Source: Candidatus Polarisedimenticolia bacterium (GTDB taxonomy: Bacteria; Acidobacteriota; Polarisedimenticolia; Gp22-AA2). Taken from it: 57,344 nucleotides of DNA. The notes under the pieces are model-generated. The model was not told where the DNA came from. It saw only the letters and a program-made list of their open reading frames with translations, and did no database searches. Position 1 is the first letter of the stretch, and each line of letters begins with the position of its first letter. Where the stretch lies: NCBI GenBank assembly GCA_041580375.1, contig JBFGDZ010000001.1, forward strand, positions 1 through 57,344, written 5' to 3'. Position numbers and translations under genes: made by a program. Of the stretch, positions 1 through 10,155 are shown in pieces.

Positions 1-253
1 CCCCGAACCCCTCCGCCCCGAACCCCCCCACGCCCTGGTGCCCGTAGCGGTCGTACCGGGCGCGCCGGTCCGGATCCGCCAGAACGGCGTAGGCATCGCT
101 CGCCTCCTTGAACGCGTCCTCGGCCTTCTTGTCGCCGGGATTGCGGTCCGGATGGCACTTCTTCGCGAGCTCCCGGTAGGCCTTCTTGATATCGGCCTCG
201 GTGGCCTCCTTGGAGACCCCGAGCACCTCGTAGTAATCGCGCTTGTTTTTCAC
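1..253 (-). CDS. dnaJ: Chaperone DnaJ, N-terminal J-domain only (gene runs off the left edge)
   Basis: Reverse translation from GTG at 253 gives [71 protein letters not shown], a J-domain with the HPD motif. It lies directly downstream of dnaK on the same strand. Confidence 0.9.
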   Translation of the reverse strand, partial: MKNKRDYYEVLGVSKEATEADIKKAYRELAKKCHPDRNPGDKKAEDAFKEASDAYAVLADPDRRARYDRYGHQGVGGFGAEGFG

Positions 254-359
254 AGTCGGACACCGCGCCGCGCGAGCGGGAGGACGCCGTCGTGACGTCC
301 CGCCACTGTGCCGGGACGCATCCCGCGCGGAGGCATGCCGCGGGGGCGGAGGACGCGCT

Positions 360-2225
<1,866 letters not shown>

Positions 2226-2249
2226 GGTCGCTCTCCCCCCTCTCTCGCC

Positions 2250-2957
2250 TCAGGAGACCTTCTCGGGTCCCCCGCCCTCGCCCTTCGGCTCGCCGCGGCC
2301 CGATGACACGCGGACCATGGTCGGCCGGAGTAGCTTGTCGCGAAACATGTAGCCCCTGCGCATCTCCTCGAGGATCACGCCCTGCTCGAACCCTTCGACG
2401 TCCACCACGTCGACCGCCTCGTGCAGGTGCGGATCGAAGCGCTCCCCGGTCGTCTCGAGAGGCCGCAGGCCCTCCTTCTTCAGAAGCTCCAGAAACTGCT
2501 GCTGGATCAGCACCAGCCCCTGGCGCAGCGGATCGTCCGATCCCTCGCTGGTCTTCAGCGCCCGCTCCAGGTTGTCGATGACAGGCAGGATGACGCGGAG
2601 GAGATCGGCGGCCGCGGCCGATCGCGCCTCCCCGCGCTCCCTGGCGATGCGCTTGCGGAAGTTCTCGAACTCGGCCTGCTTGCGGAGGAAGAGGTCGTGA
2701 TACCTGTCCTTCTCGCTGAGCGCCTCCTGCAGCGCGTCCGGTTCTGCGTCCTGTCCGGAGGGAGCGGAGGCGGCGGGTCGATCGTCCCCCCGGCGGGGGG
2801 GCGTCGGCTTCGCGGAGTCCGAACCGGTCGTCTCGTCGACGCCGACGACCTCGAGGATCTCGATGCCGTCGTCGTCCTCTCGAGGCTCGTCCTCGCGGAC
2901 CGACTCCACCGGACCCGTCAGAGCACTTTCTTCGCCCTTCCTTCCGCGCGAAGACAT
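2250..2957 (-). CDS. grpE: Nucleotide exchange factor GrpE
   Basis: HDLFLRKQAEFENFRKRIARE...VILPVIDNLERAL is the GrpE signature. The ATG at 2957 is preceded by GGAGG. An alternative GTG at 2984 overlaps the hrcA stop (GTGA). Confidence 0.92.
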   Translation of the reverse strand: MSSRGRKGEESALTGPVESVREDEPREDDDGIEILEVVGVDETTGSDSAKPTPPRRGDDRPAASAPSGQDAEPDALQEALSEKDRYHDLFLRKQAEFENFRKRIARERGEARSAAAADLLRVILPVIDNLERALKTSEGSDDPLRQGLVLIQQQFLELLKKEGLRPLETTGERFDPHLHEAVDVVDVEGFEQGVILEEMRRGYMFRDKLLRPTMVRVSSGRGEPKGEGGGPEKVS

Positions 2958-2980
2958 ACGGCCTCCGGCGGGAATATAGG

Positions 2981-4030
2981 TCACGCGTTCCGGTGGGTCA
3001 ACAAAGTGGAGAAAAGGCGGGAGATGTAGACCACGAGGGCGAGCGCCCGGTCGTACTCCATGCGCGTGGGCCCGAGGACCCCCAGCCAGCCGGTGGCCCC
3101 GTCCGTATAACTATACGGCGACGCGACGAGGGAGATGCCTCCGAGGGCCGGATCGGCGCTCTCCGAGCCGATCAGGACCCTGGGGCGCTCGGGGTCGAGG
3201 CAGCGGTCCAGGAGCTTGACGAGGTGGTGCTTCTCCTCGAACGTCTCGAACAGGCGCCGGACGGTCTCCGTGTCCGACAGCTCCGGGTGATTCATGATGT
3301 TCAGGGTTCCGTCCAGGACCATGCGGCGCTCGTCCGACTCGGAATCGAGATAGCGCGTCCCCAGCGTGATCGCGTCCGCGAGTAGGCGATCGACCGTGGC
3401 CTTCTCCTCCGCCATGAGGGTGACGAGCCGGCTCCGGATCTCGTGCAGCGTCATGTCGGCGAACTCCCCCACGAGGTATCGGCCGGCGCGCTCCAGGTCG
3501 GTCTGGGTGTAGTCGTCCTCCATGTCCAGAACCCGGTGGCTGACCATGTCCGTCTGATCGACGAAGATCACGAGGATGCGGCGCGCGTGCAGGCGGAGGA
3601 ACTCGATGTGCTTGAGACGAACCTCACCGATGGGCGGGGAGATGAGGTATCCGACCTGGCTGGTCAGCCGGGAGAGGAGCCTCGGGATCACCTCCATGGC
3701 CTCGCGGATCTCGCCTCCGATGCTCTCCATCTGCTGAGCGATCAGAGCGCGCTCGCGCGAGCCGACGCGCGCCTCGGGCAGGAGCGAGTCGACGTAGTAG
3801 CGATACCCCTTGTCCGTGGGGACGCGCCCGGCGGAGGTGTGCGGCTGGCCGAGGAACCCCATCTCCTCGAGGTCCGCCATGACGTTGCGCACGCTGGCCG
3901 GGCTCAGCCCCTCGCGGCTCAGCTTGGCGATCGTCCGCGATCCGACCGGTTCGCCGGTCAGGATGTAACTCGAGACGATGTGCTTGAGGATCTCCTGGGT
4001 GCGCTCGTCGAGGGCGGTGTCCACCATCAT
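2981..4030 (-). CDS. hrcA: Heat-inducible transcription repressor HrcA
   Basis: 349-aa ORF. ILKHIVSSYILTGEPVGSRTIAKLSREGLSPASVRNVMADLEEMGFLGQPHTSAGRVPTDKGYRYYVD is the HrcA winged-helix N-terminus. A CIRCE element lies 13 nt upstream. Confidence 0.95.
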   Translation of the reverse strand: MMVDTALDERTQEILKHIVSSYILTGEPVGSRTIAKLSREGLSPASVRNVMADLEEMGFLGQPHTSAGRVPTDKGYRYYVDSLLPEARVGSRERALIAQQMESIGGEIREAMEVIPRLLSRLTSQVGYLISPPIGEVRLKHIEFLRLHARRILVIFVDQTDMVSHRVLDMEDDYTQTDLERAGRYLVGEFADMTLHEIRSRLVTLMAEEKATVDRLLADAITLGTRYLDSESDERRMVLDGTLNIMNHPELSDTETVRRLFETFEEKHHLVKLLDRCLDPERPRVLIGSESADPALGGISLVASPYSYTDGATGWLGVLGPTRMEYDRALALVVYISRLFSTLLTHRNA

Positions 4031-4042
4031 TCACCCGTCCCG

Positions 4043-4069
4043 TTAGCACTCGTTGACATCGAGTGCTAA
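4043..4069 (-). promoter_or_regulatory. CIRCE operator (HrcA binding site)
   Basis: TTAGCACTC-gttgacatc-GAGTGCTAA is a perfect 9-N9-9 inverted repeat identical to the CIRCE consensus. It sits immediately upstream of hrcA. Confidence 0.95.
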
Positions 4070-4096
4070 TATAAGGATCGCGCGTAAATCTGTCAA
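4068..4096 (-). promoter_or_regulatory. Putative sigma70-type promoter of the hrcA-grpE-dnaK-dnaJ operon
   Basis: The minus strand reads TTGACA (4096-4091), a 17-nt spacer, then TATATT (4073-4068). The -10 abuts/overlaps CIRCE and the -35 overlaps the prfB stop codon. Confidence 0.6.
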
Positions 4097-5245
4097 GAGC
4101 CGCGGTTTCCGGCCCCTGTCCCGCCGGCGGAAGCGTTGCGCTGGAGAAGGAAGGTGCGAATGAAGCCGCCCAGATCCCCGTCGAGGACCCGGTCGACATC
4201 CCCCATCTCGTACCCGGTGCGGTGGTCCTTCACCATGCGGTACGGCTGCATGACGTAGGACCGGATCTGGCTCCCGAAATCGATGTCCTTCTTCGCCCCC
4301 TCCTCCACCTGGCGCTTCTCGTCCCGCCGGCGCACCTCCTGCTCGTACAGGCGCGACTTGAGGATGCGCATCGCCATCTCCCGATTGCGGTGCTGCGATC
4401 TCTCGTTCTGGCACGATACGACGATGCCGGTGGGCAGGTGGGTGATGCGCACGGCCGAGTCGGTCACGTTGACGTGCTGGCCCCCGGCCCCGCTGCTGCG
4501 GTAGGTGTCGATCCTCAGATCCTTCGCCTCCACGTCCACCTCGATGTCGTCGTCTAGATCGGGATAGGCGTACACCGACGCGAAGGAGGTGTGCCGCCTC
4601 CCGGACGCGTCGAACGGTGAGATCCGCACCAGGCGGTGGACACCGTTCTCGGCGCGCAGGAACCCGTACGCGTTGTGCCCGCGCACGAGGAGGGTGGCGC
4701 TCTTGATGCCGGCCTCGTCACCGCGCTGGTGGTCGAGGGTCTCGACCGCGTAGCCGCTCGACTCGGCCCAGCGCATGTACATGCGGTACAGCATCTCGGC
4801 CCAGTCCTGCGACTCGGTTCCTCCGGCTCCGGAGTGGATGGTCAGGATGGCGTCGCCGCCGTCGTGCTCGCCGGTCAGCATCATCTCGAGTTCGCGCGCG
4901 TCGAGCGCAGCCTCGAGGTCGGCCACGGCGTGCTCGAGATCGTTCTGGACGTCCTCCCCTTCGGATGCGAGCTCGAGGCAAGCCCCCACGTCCTCGACCT
5001 TTTTGGTGAGGGCGCGGTGCGCCTCGACCTCCTCGTTGAGCCGGGTGCGGCGCTGCAGGATCGTCTGGGCGCGGGCGGGGTCCGACCAGAGGTCGGGATC
5101 GGCGGCGCGGGCGTCGAGGTCCTTGATCTCCCCCGCGAGGGCGTTCAGATCAAAGATGCCCCCGGATCTCGGCGTAGCGCTCCCGCAGGCGATCGGCCTT
5201 GCGGACGAGATCGTCGAGTGCCAGGCTCTTCGGCAACTGGGCCAT
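4093..5245 (-). CDS. prfB: Peptide chain release factor 2, expressed via programmed +1 frameshift
   Basis: The main frame has the SPF (RISPFDASGRRHTSFASV) and GGQ (SSGAGGQHVN) motifs. The true N-terminus MAQLPKSLALDDLVRKADRLRERYAEIRGHL is in frame 0 from the ATG at 5245 and ends at an in-frame TGA (5152-5150). The body continues in the +1 frame (DLNALAGEIKDL...). Confidence 0.95.
5150..5165 (-). other. RF2 autoregulatory +1 ribosomal frameshift cassette
   Basis: The minus strand reads CGGGGGCATCTTTGAT: an internal SD-like GGGGG, a 3-nt spacer, then the slippery CTT followed by the TGA stop. The E. coli equivalent is AGGGGGTATCTTTGAC. Confidence 0.88.
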
Positions 5246-5249
5246 GACG

Positions 5250-6860
5250 TCACATATCCCGAGCGGGGTCCGGTGCGTCCCGTGCGCGCGCGCGGCGCCG
5301 GGCGAAGAGGAGCAACGGCGTCAGTATAGCACACGCCCAGGCGAACCGATCCGTGATGACCGCGCAGAGCGTCCTGTCGGAACGAGGCCGGACACGCCCC
5401 AGAAGGACGGTCCTCTCCTCCAGCTCGCTGCGCTGCACGATGCGGCCGTAGGGATCGACCAGCGCGCTGATCCCGGTGTTGGCGGCCCGCGCCAGATCGC
5501 GACGGAGCTCGACCGAGCGGACGATCGCCATCGCCAGGTGCTGGTGCGGGCCGGCGCTGCGGCCGAACCAGGCGTCGTTCGTGATGTTGACGAGGAACGC
5601 GGCGCGGCGGGCGATGCGCGCGACGACCCTCGGGAAGATCGCCTCGTAGCAGATCACCGTCGCGGCCGGCCCGGCGCGGGTCGGCAGGGGCTCGAACCGG
5701 CGGCCGGGGGCAAACTCGGCGATCGCCCCCTCGACCATCGGGTTGACAAAGAACAGCAATCGCCGGAGCGGCACGTACTCGCCGAAGGGGACGAGCTGCA
5801 CTTTGTCGTAGGTCGGGCCGATGGAACCGTCGGCTCCGACCCGGAACGCGCTGTTCAGAGCGCGGATGGTCCCCCCCTCCACGCGGTAATCGACGCTGCC
5901 GGCGATCAACTCAATGTCCAGCTCACGGGCGACGGCCGAGATCCGATCCGCGTAGCCGGGGCGTTCCTCGACGACCGGATCGGGAGCGCCCCCCGGTCGA
6001 GCCGGGACGACCCGCCGGAACGACAGCGGGCTGCTCGACTCCGGCCAGATGACGATGCGGGCGCCCGCGGCGGCCGCGCGCCGCGTCATCTCGATGAGCT
6101 CCCCGACGATGGCGTCCTCCGCCCCGCGATCCCACTTCCGATCCTGGGGGACATTGGCCTGGACGAGCGCCACCACCTCACCCGCACCGCCACCGGCCGG
6201 CGGCATGTGGAGCGCGAGCGCTCCGCCGAGGTGCACGGCGGCGACGGCCGCGAGCACGCCCGCCGCGCCCCACAGGGGGACGCGCGGGCCCCGTCCGGCG
6301 CGAGGGATCGCCACGGCGACGGCGGCATTGCACGCCGCAACGACGAAGGAGACCGCGTAGACGCTGCCGAGAGAAGCGACCTGCAGGACGGGCAGGTTGC
6401 GGTATTGAGAGTATCCCAGCAGGCCCCACGGGAAGCCGCCCAGCACACGAGCGCGCGCCAGCTCCAGCGCCACCCACGCGATCGGCGCAAGGAGGAGCCC
6501 CAGGTCGCCGTAACGCCTCGTCCAGGCCGTCACCACGGCGGCGAACGCGCCCGTATAGAGCGACAGATAGAGGACCAGGAGGCCCAGAAGTGCGATGCTC
6601 GCGGCGCCCGGCAGGCCCCCGTAGCGCTCCATCACCGGGATCAGCCAGTAGAGGAGGATGCCGTTGAACGTGATTCCGGTGAGAAGTCCCAGTCCGAATG
6701 CGCCCCGCACCGTGGCCGCGCCTGCGGCGGCGAGAAGCGGCACGAGGGCGACGAACGCCAGGGGGAAGAGGTCGAAGCGCGGATACGACAGGGCGAGCAG
6801 CGCGCCGGACAGGATGGCCAGGATCGCGCGCTTCGGGCCCGGGCCGTCAGGAGAGATCAT
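5250..6860 (-). CDS. lnt: Apolipoprotein N-acyltransferase
   Basis: 536-aa ORF with a polytopic N-terminus plus a C-terminal CN-hydrolase domain (VICYEAIFPRVV, NITNDAWFGRSAGPHQHL). Confidence 0.9.
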   Translation of the reverse strand: MISPDGPGPKRAILAILSGALLALSYPRFDLFPLAFVALVPLLAAAGAATVRGAFGLGLLTGITFNGILLYWLIPVMERYGGLPGAASIALLGLLVLYLSLYTGAFAAVVTAWTRRYGDLGLLLAPIAWVALELARARVLGGFPWGLLGYSQYRNLPVLQVASLGSVYAVSFVVAACNAAVAVAIPRAGRGPRVPLWGAAGVLAAVAAVHLGGALALHMPPAGGGAGEVVALVQANVPQDRKWDRGAEDAIVGELIEMTRRAAAAGARIVIWPESSSPLSFRRVVPARPGGAPDPVVEERPGYADRISAVARELDIELIAGSVDYRVEGGTIRALNSAFRVGADGSIGPTYDKVQLVPFGEYVPLRRLLFFVNPMVEGAIAEFAPGRRFEPLPTRAGPAATVICYEAIFPRVVARIARRAAFLVNITNDAWFGRSAGPHQHLAMAIVRSVELRRDLARAANTGISALVDPYGRIVQRSELEERTVLLGRVRPRSDRTLCAVITDRFAWACAILTPLLLFARRRARARDAPDPARDM

Positions 6861-8559
6861 GCAGCAGCAGGCGAAGCGGCTCGCGGACGTCCACGGCGCC
6901 GGCGGCGGCCTGCTGCAGGCCGGCGTGAAACAGCGTGGTCATGCCGTCCTGCGCGCATCGATCGCGCATCGCCGCGGCGTCGCTCATCGGCTGGAAACTC
7001 CGTGCGATCGCGCCGGGGATGTACTCGAACACCGGCTCCAGATCGAGAAGGCCCGAGCCGCGGCACGAGCAACACCCCTGAGCGACGTAATACCGGCCGG
7101 GCCCCGCGGAGCGGTGTCGCGGCCCGGGCGAAAGAAGATCGTGAGGATCGAACGGGTGCCGGCATTCCGCGCACAGCCGCTCCATGAGCCGCGACGCGAC
7201 GATCCCGACGACGGCGCCGGCCGCGCGCGGGTCGCCGTGGGCCGACCGGGCCACCCACTCAGCCGCCTCGAAGGCGTCGGCCGCGAGAACGGGAACGATC
7301 AGGGCCTGCCGCAGAGCCAGCTCAAGAATCGGACCGGCCTCCCGGCGCCGCTCGAATACCGGAAGCAGGAGAAGGTCCGGCTCCTCCTCGAGCGCGCGCC
7401 GGATCATCGCCTCGATCGGAACGGCCTCGTCAGGCTCGCGCGTGCCGATCACGCGCATCCCCGGCCGCTGCGGCAGCCAGTCGCCGATCGAGGCGCGCAC
7501 CGGCAGCCGATCCTCGAGGAGATCGAGAACCGCATCGGCGCCCGCGGCGAGGTCGTCGGGACCCGCGCCGGCGATCAGGAGCACGCCCCGGTGATCGCGT
7601 CGCATGCGATCCAGGTCCGCGGTCAGGTCGGGCAGACGGGCCCAGCGCACGTCCCGCCCGAGCGCGCGGACGCGCCGCACCCGGAGATCGATCTGGAAGG
7701 TCCCGCCGCGAAGCCCCGGCAGCGACCGGATCGAACCCGCCAGACGGCGATCGCCGGCGCTGAACTCCACCCGTCCGTCCCTCGGGACGACGCGTCCGCG
7801 GGACGCCATGCCGGAGACGCCCTCGATCAGGCGGGCCAGTCCCGGGTACACGCCGCGGGGAATCGCGAGGGTCGCCGCGTCGCCGGCCGCGCCGTTCATC
7901 AGAGCGCGGGCCCCGTCATCGTGCGGCTCCAGCAGGATCCTGCGGCATCCGCGCCGGATCGCCTCGGCCGTGATCGCGCGCAGCCAGTCCGAGGACGGCG
8001 CGTCTGGACGGACCAGCTCGGGAAGAAGCGGACGGATCCCCCGGCGCGCATCGGAGATCACGAACCGATGATCGCCGAAGGCCCTGAACACGACGCCCGG
8101 CTCGACCTCCCCGGGATACCAGCGCTGCAGGGCCCCGGCAATGAGGGGCGGAGGGCACACGATCGGCTCCACCCGGAGCCCGGTGAGCTGCTCGACGGCG
8201 GGGAGCAGCGCAGGATGATCGGCCGTCGCCACCGCCAGATCGAGGACGCCGTCCTCGACCCTCACCGGCACCATCCCGTAGTGGTAAGCCAGCCGGGCCG
8301 GCAGGAGATCGATCGAGGGCGCGCCGCGGATCGCTTCGACGAGATCCGGCGCCAGAGCGGGCAGGTGGTCCTTGAGGAAGAGGTGAAACGGTGCCGACGC
8401 CACGGCCCCGAGCCTGAGCAGGTTGTATCCCAGGCGGCCGCCGCTCTGCCGCTGCTCCTCGAGGCCGGTCCTGAGTCCGGCGCACGACACCAGGCCGCGC
8501 TCGACCAGCATCTCGCCGATCAGCCTGCGATCCTCCCCCCTCCTGCGCGCGGTCTCCAT
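6847..8559 (-). CDS. GspE/PilB/MshE-family secretion-ATPase homologue with MshEN-like N-terminus and degenerate nucleotide-binding motifs
   Basis: 570 aa. The N-terminal tandem motif RRLIGEMLVERGLVSCAGLRTGLEEQ-RQSGG-RLGYNLLRLGAVASAPFHLFLKDH is followed by a T2SSE_N-like domain (LLPARLAYHYGMVPVRVEDGVLDLAVATADHP). An N2-like segment (VPRDGRVEF) and a C-terminal CxxC...CxxC (LCAECR...GCCSCRGSG) are present. The Walker A position reads GVLLIAGAGPDDLAAG. Confidence 0.8.
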   Translation of the reverse strand: METARRRGEDRRLIGEMLVERGLVSCAGLRTGLEEQRQSGGRLGYNLLRLGAVASAPFHLFLKDHLPALAPDLVEAIRGAPSIDLLPARLAYHYGMVPVRVEDGVLDLAVATADHPALLPAVEQLTGLRVEPIVCPPPLIAGALQRWYPGEVEPGVVFRAFGDHRFVISDARRGIRPLLPELVRPDAPSSDWLRAITAEAIRRGCRRILLEPHDDGARALMNGAAGDAATLAIPRGVYPGLARLIEGVSGMASRGRVVPRDGRVEFSAGDRRLAGSIRSLPGLRGGTFQIDLRVRRVRALGRDVRWARLPDLTADLDRMRRDHRGVLLIAGAGPDDLAAGADAVLDLLEDRLPVRASIGDWLPQRPGMRVIGTREPDEAVPIEAMIRRALEEEPDLLLLPVFERRREAGPILELALRQALIVPVLAADAFEAAEWVARSAHGDPRAAGAVVGIVASRLMERLCAECRHPFDPHDLLSPGPRHRSAGPGRYYVAQGCCSCRGSGLLDLEPVFEYIPGAIARSFQPMSDAAAMRDRCAQDGMTTLFHAGLQQAAAGAVDVREPLRLLLHDLS

Positions 8560-9066
8560 TCAGCGGGCCTCCTGGAGCACCCAGGGGTCGAGATCCTCCG
8601 TCTCCCGGATGCGCCGGGCCACGATCTCGGCCACCTCGCGGTCGCGGTAGCGACCCACGCGCACCCGATAGATGACCTCTCCTCCGACGTTCCCCTCGAT
8701 GACGGCCGCCTGCATCCCCTTCGCCCGGAGGCGATCGCTCAGCCGGCGGGCGCGATCGCGGCTGCGCGTCACCAGCGCCTGGACGACGTACGCCCCCGCC
8801 GCGTCGCCGTCTTCCCGGGGATCGGCCTGCAGCAGGTCCTTCTCCGCGCCCCGGGCGCGCGGTACGCCCAGCTTCTTGTAGAAACTGAGGTCCATGTCCA
8901 CCGATCCCGCGGCGGCATCCTCCCCGTCAGGCGGCCCCGCCGCGTCTTCCGGGCTCCCGCGCCAGGGCAGGGATCCATGGCCCGCCCACCGCGCGGCCGC
9001 CAGCATCAGCGCCGCGAGCCCCAGCACCGAGAGAACCAGGAAGCGCAGCCGCCCCTCCCCCTTCAC
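8560..9066 (-). CDS. SPOR domain-containing membrane protein
   Basis: The GTG at 9066 overlaps the upstream stop (GTGA). There is an N-terminal TM helix (LRFLVLSVLGLAALMLAAA). The C-terminal YVVQALVTRSRDRARRLSDRLRAKGMQAAVIEGNVGGEVIYRVRVGRYRDREVAEIVARRI is a typical SPOR fold signature. The longer ORF in the track (to 9912) lies in another frame of the GGDEF gene and is rejected. Confidence 0.75.
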   Translation of the reverse strand: MKGEGRLRFLVLSVLGLAALMLAAARWAGHGSLPWRGSPEDAAGPPDGEDAAAGSVDMDLSFYKKLGVPRARGAEKDLLQADPREDGDAAGAYVVQALVTRSRDRARRLSDRLRAKGMQAAVIEGNVGGEVIYRVRVGRYRDREVAEIVARRIRETEDLDPWVLQEAR

Positions 9067-10097
9067 GGCCTTCCTCCGGCGGCCCTGGGCACGTCCCCTT
9101 CCTCGGGGCTGGAGATGCCGATCGAGTTCTTGCCCAGCTTCTTGACCCGCTGCATGGCCCGATCCGCGCAGCGCACCAGAGCGAGGCTGGTGCGCGCGTG
9201 CTCGGGATACGAGGCGATGCCGAAGGAGGCCGTGAGCGCCATCCCGGGAGTGTCGTCGACGAGAAAGGAGCGGGTTCTCAGTGCGGCCCGCAGCCGCTCG
9301 GCGAGCTCGCACGCCCCCTGCCGGTCGGTCTCGGGAAGGACGATGCAGAACTCGTCCCCGCCGTAGCGGAACAGCTTGTCGCTCCCACGGATGGTCCCGA
9401 TCAGCCGGCGCGAGACCTCGCGGAGCGCCTTGCTGCCGATCGCGTGACCGTACCGGTTGTTGACCTCCTTGAGGTTGTCCATGTCGAGGAAGATGAGCGA
9501 GAGCGAGGTCTTGTACCGGTGGGCGCGGTAAACCTCCTCGCTGAGGAAGCGCTCGAAATACCGCCGGTTGTAGGACTCCGTCTGATCGTCCTTGATCACC
9601 AGGTCGCGATACCGCTCGACGACCATGGCGTTCACCAGGGCGGGCAGCAGCTCCGGCACGAGCCGTCCGACGCGATCCATGTCGTCGACCGGGAGCGACT
9701 GCCGCTCGCGCGCCAGGAGGAGCATGCCGATGAGCGCCCCGGTGCCGGGCAGCGGGATCGCCAGCACCTGCTCGATCGAGAGGTTGCGGAGCGCCGCCGG
9801 CGCGCGCGTCGCGTTCGGCGTCCAGGTGGTGGGCGGACCCTTGCCCCGGATCTCGGCCAGATCCAGGGTCAGCAGCCCGCGCCGCAGCGGATCGTCGGGC
9901 GGGATGTGGCACGCCTTGAGATGGAAGGTGTCGTTCTCGTCGTCGTAGAGATAGAGCAGGGCGGCCGTTGCATGTCCGTAGCGCAGCACGGCCTTCACGA
10001 TCCCGTCGGACACCGCCTGGAGATCGATCTGCCGGGCCACCGCCAGCGCCGCGCGGCAGATCTGGAGATCATCCTTCGGGCGATCGGGATCGGTCAT
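9063..10097 (-). CDS. GAF domain-containing diguanylate cyclase (GGDEF)
   Basis: 344 aa. A GAF-like N-terminal half is followed by DDQTESYNRRYF...SLIFLDMDNLKEVNNRYGHAIGSKALREV...RGSDKLFRYGGDEFCIVL. The GGDEF active site is intact, with an RxxD (RGSD) I-site five residues upstream. Confidence 0.9.
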   Translation of the reverse strand: MTDPDRPKDDLQICRAALAVARQIDLQAVSDGIVKAVLRYGHATAALLYLYDDENDTFHLKACHIPPDDPLRRGLLTLDLAEIRGKGPPTTWTPNATRAPAALRNLSIEQVLAIPLPGTGALIGMLLLARERQSLPVDDMDRVGRLVPELLPALVNAMVVERYRDLVIKDDQTESYNRRYFERFLSEEVYRAHRYKTSLSLIFLDMDNLKEVNNRYGHAIGSKALREVSRRLIGTIRGSDKLFRYGGDEFCIVLPETDRQGACELAERLRAALRTRSFLVDDTPGMALTASFGIASYPEHARTSLALVRCADRAMQRVKKLGKNSIGISSPEEGDVPRAAGGRP

Positions 10098-10155
10098 TCC
10101 TCTCCTCGGGGGCCGACGCCCCCGGCGGGGGGCGCGCCCCGGGTTCGGCGCCGCG

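Noticed and set aside
318-345. Hairpin (CCCGCG-N11-CGCGGG) between dnaK and dnaJ as a terminator/attenuator
   Set aside because: It is only a 6-bp stem with no U-tract, which is common by chance in GC-rich DNA. It is not supported as a discrete feature.
5246-5334. Upstream extension of the RF2 ORF (MCYTDAVAPLRPAPRARTGR...)
   Set aside because: It is not homologous to RF2 N-termini and overlaps the 3' end of lnt. The +1 frameshift model from the ATG at 5245 explains the gene fully.
9067-9912. Over-extended ORFs in the track: 8560-9912, 10946-13177, 34715-36055, 35578-37929, 38239-39867, 39408-40424, 40199-41419
   Set aside because: The upstream parts run out of frame through the neighbouring, well-supported genes and are R/G/P-rich. 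Each gene has an internal ATG/GTG that overlaps the preceding stop (ATGA/GTGA) and yields a family-typical N-terminus.
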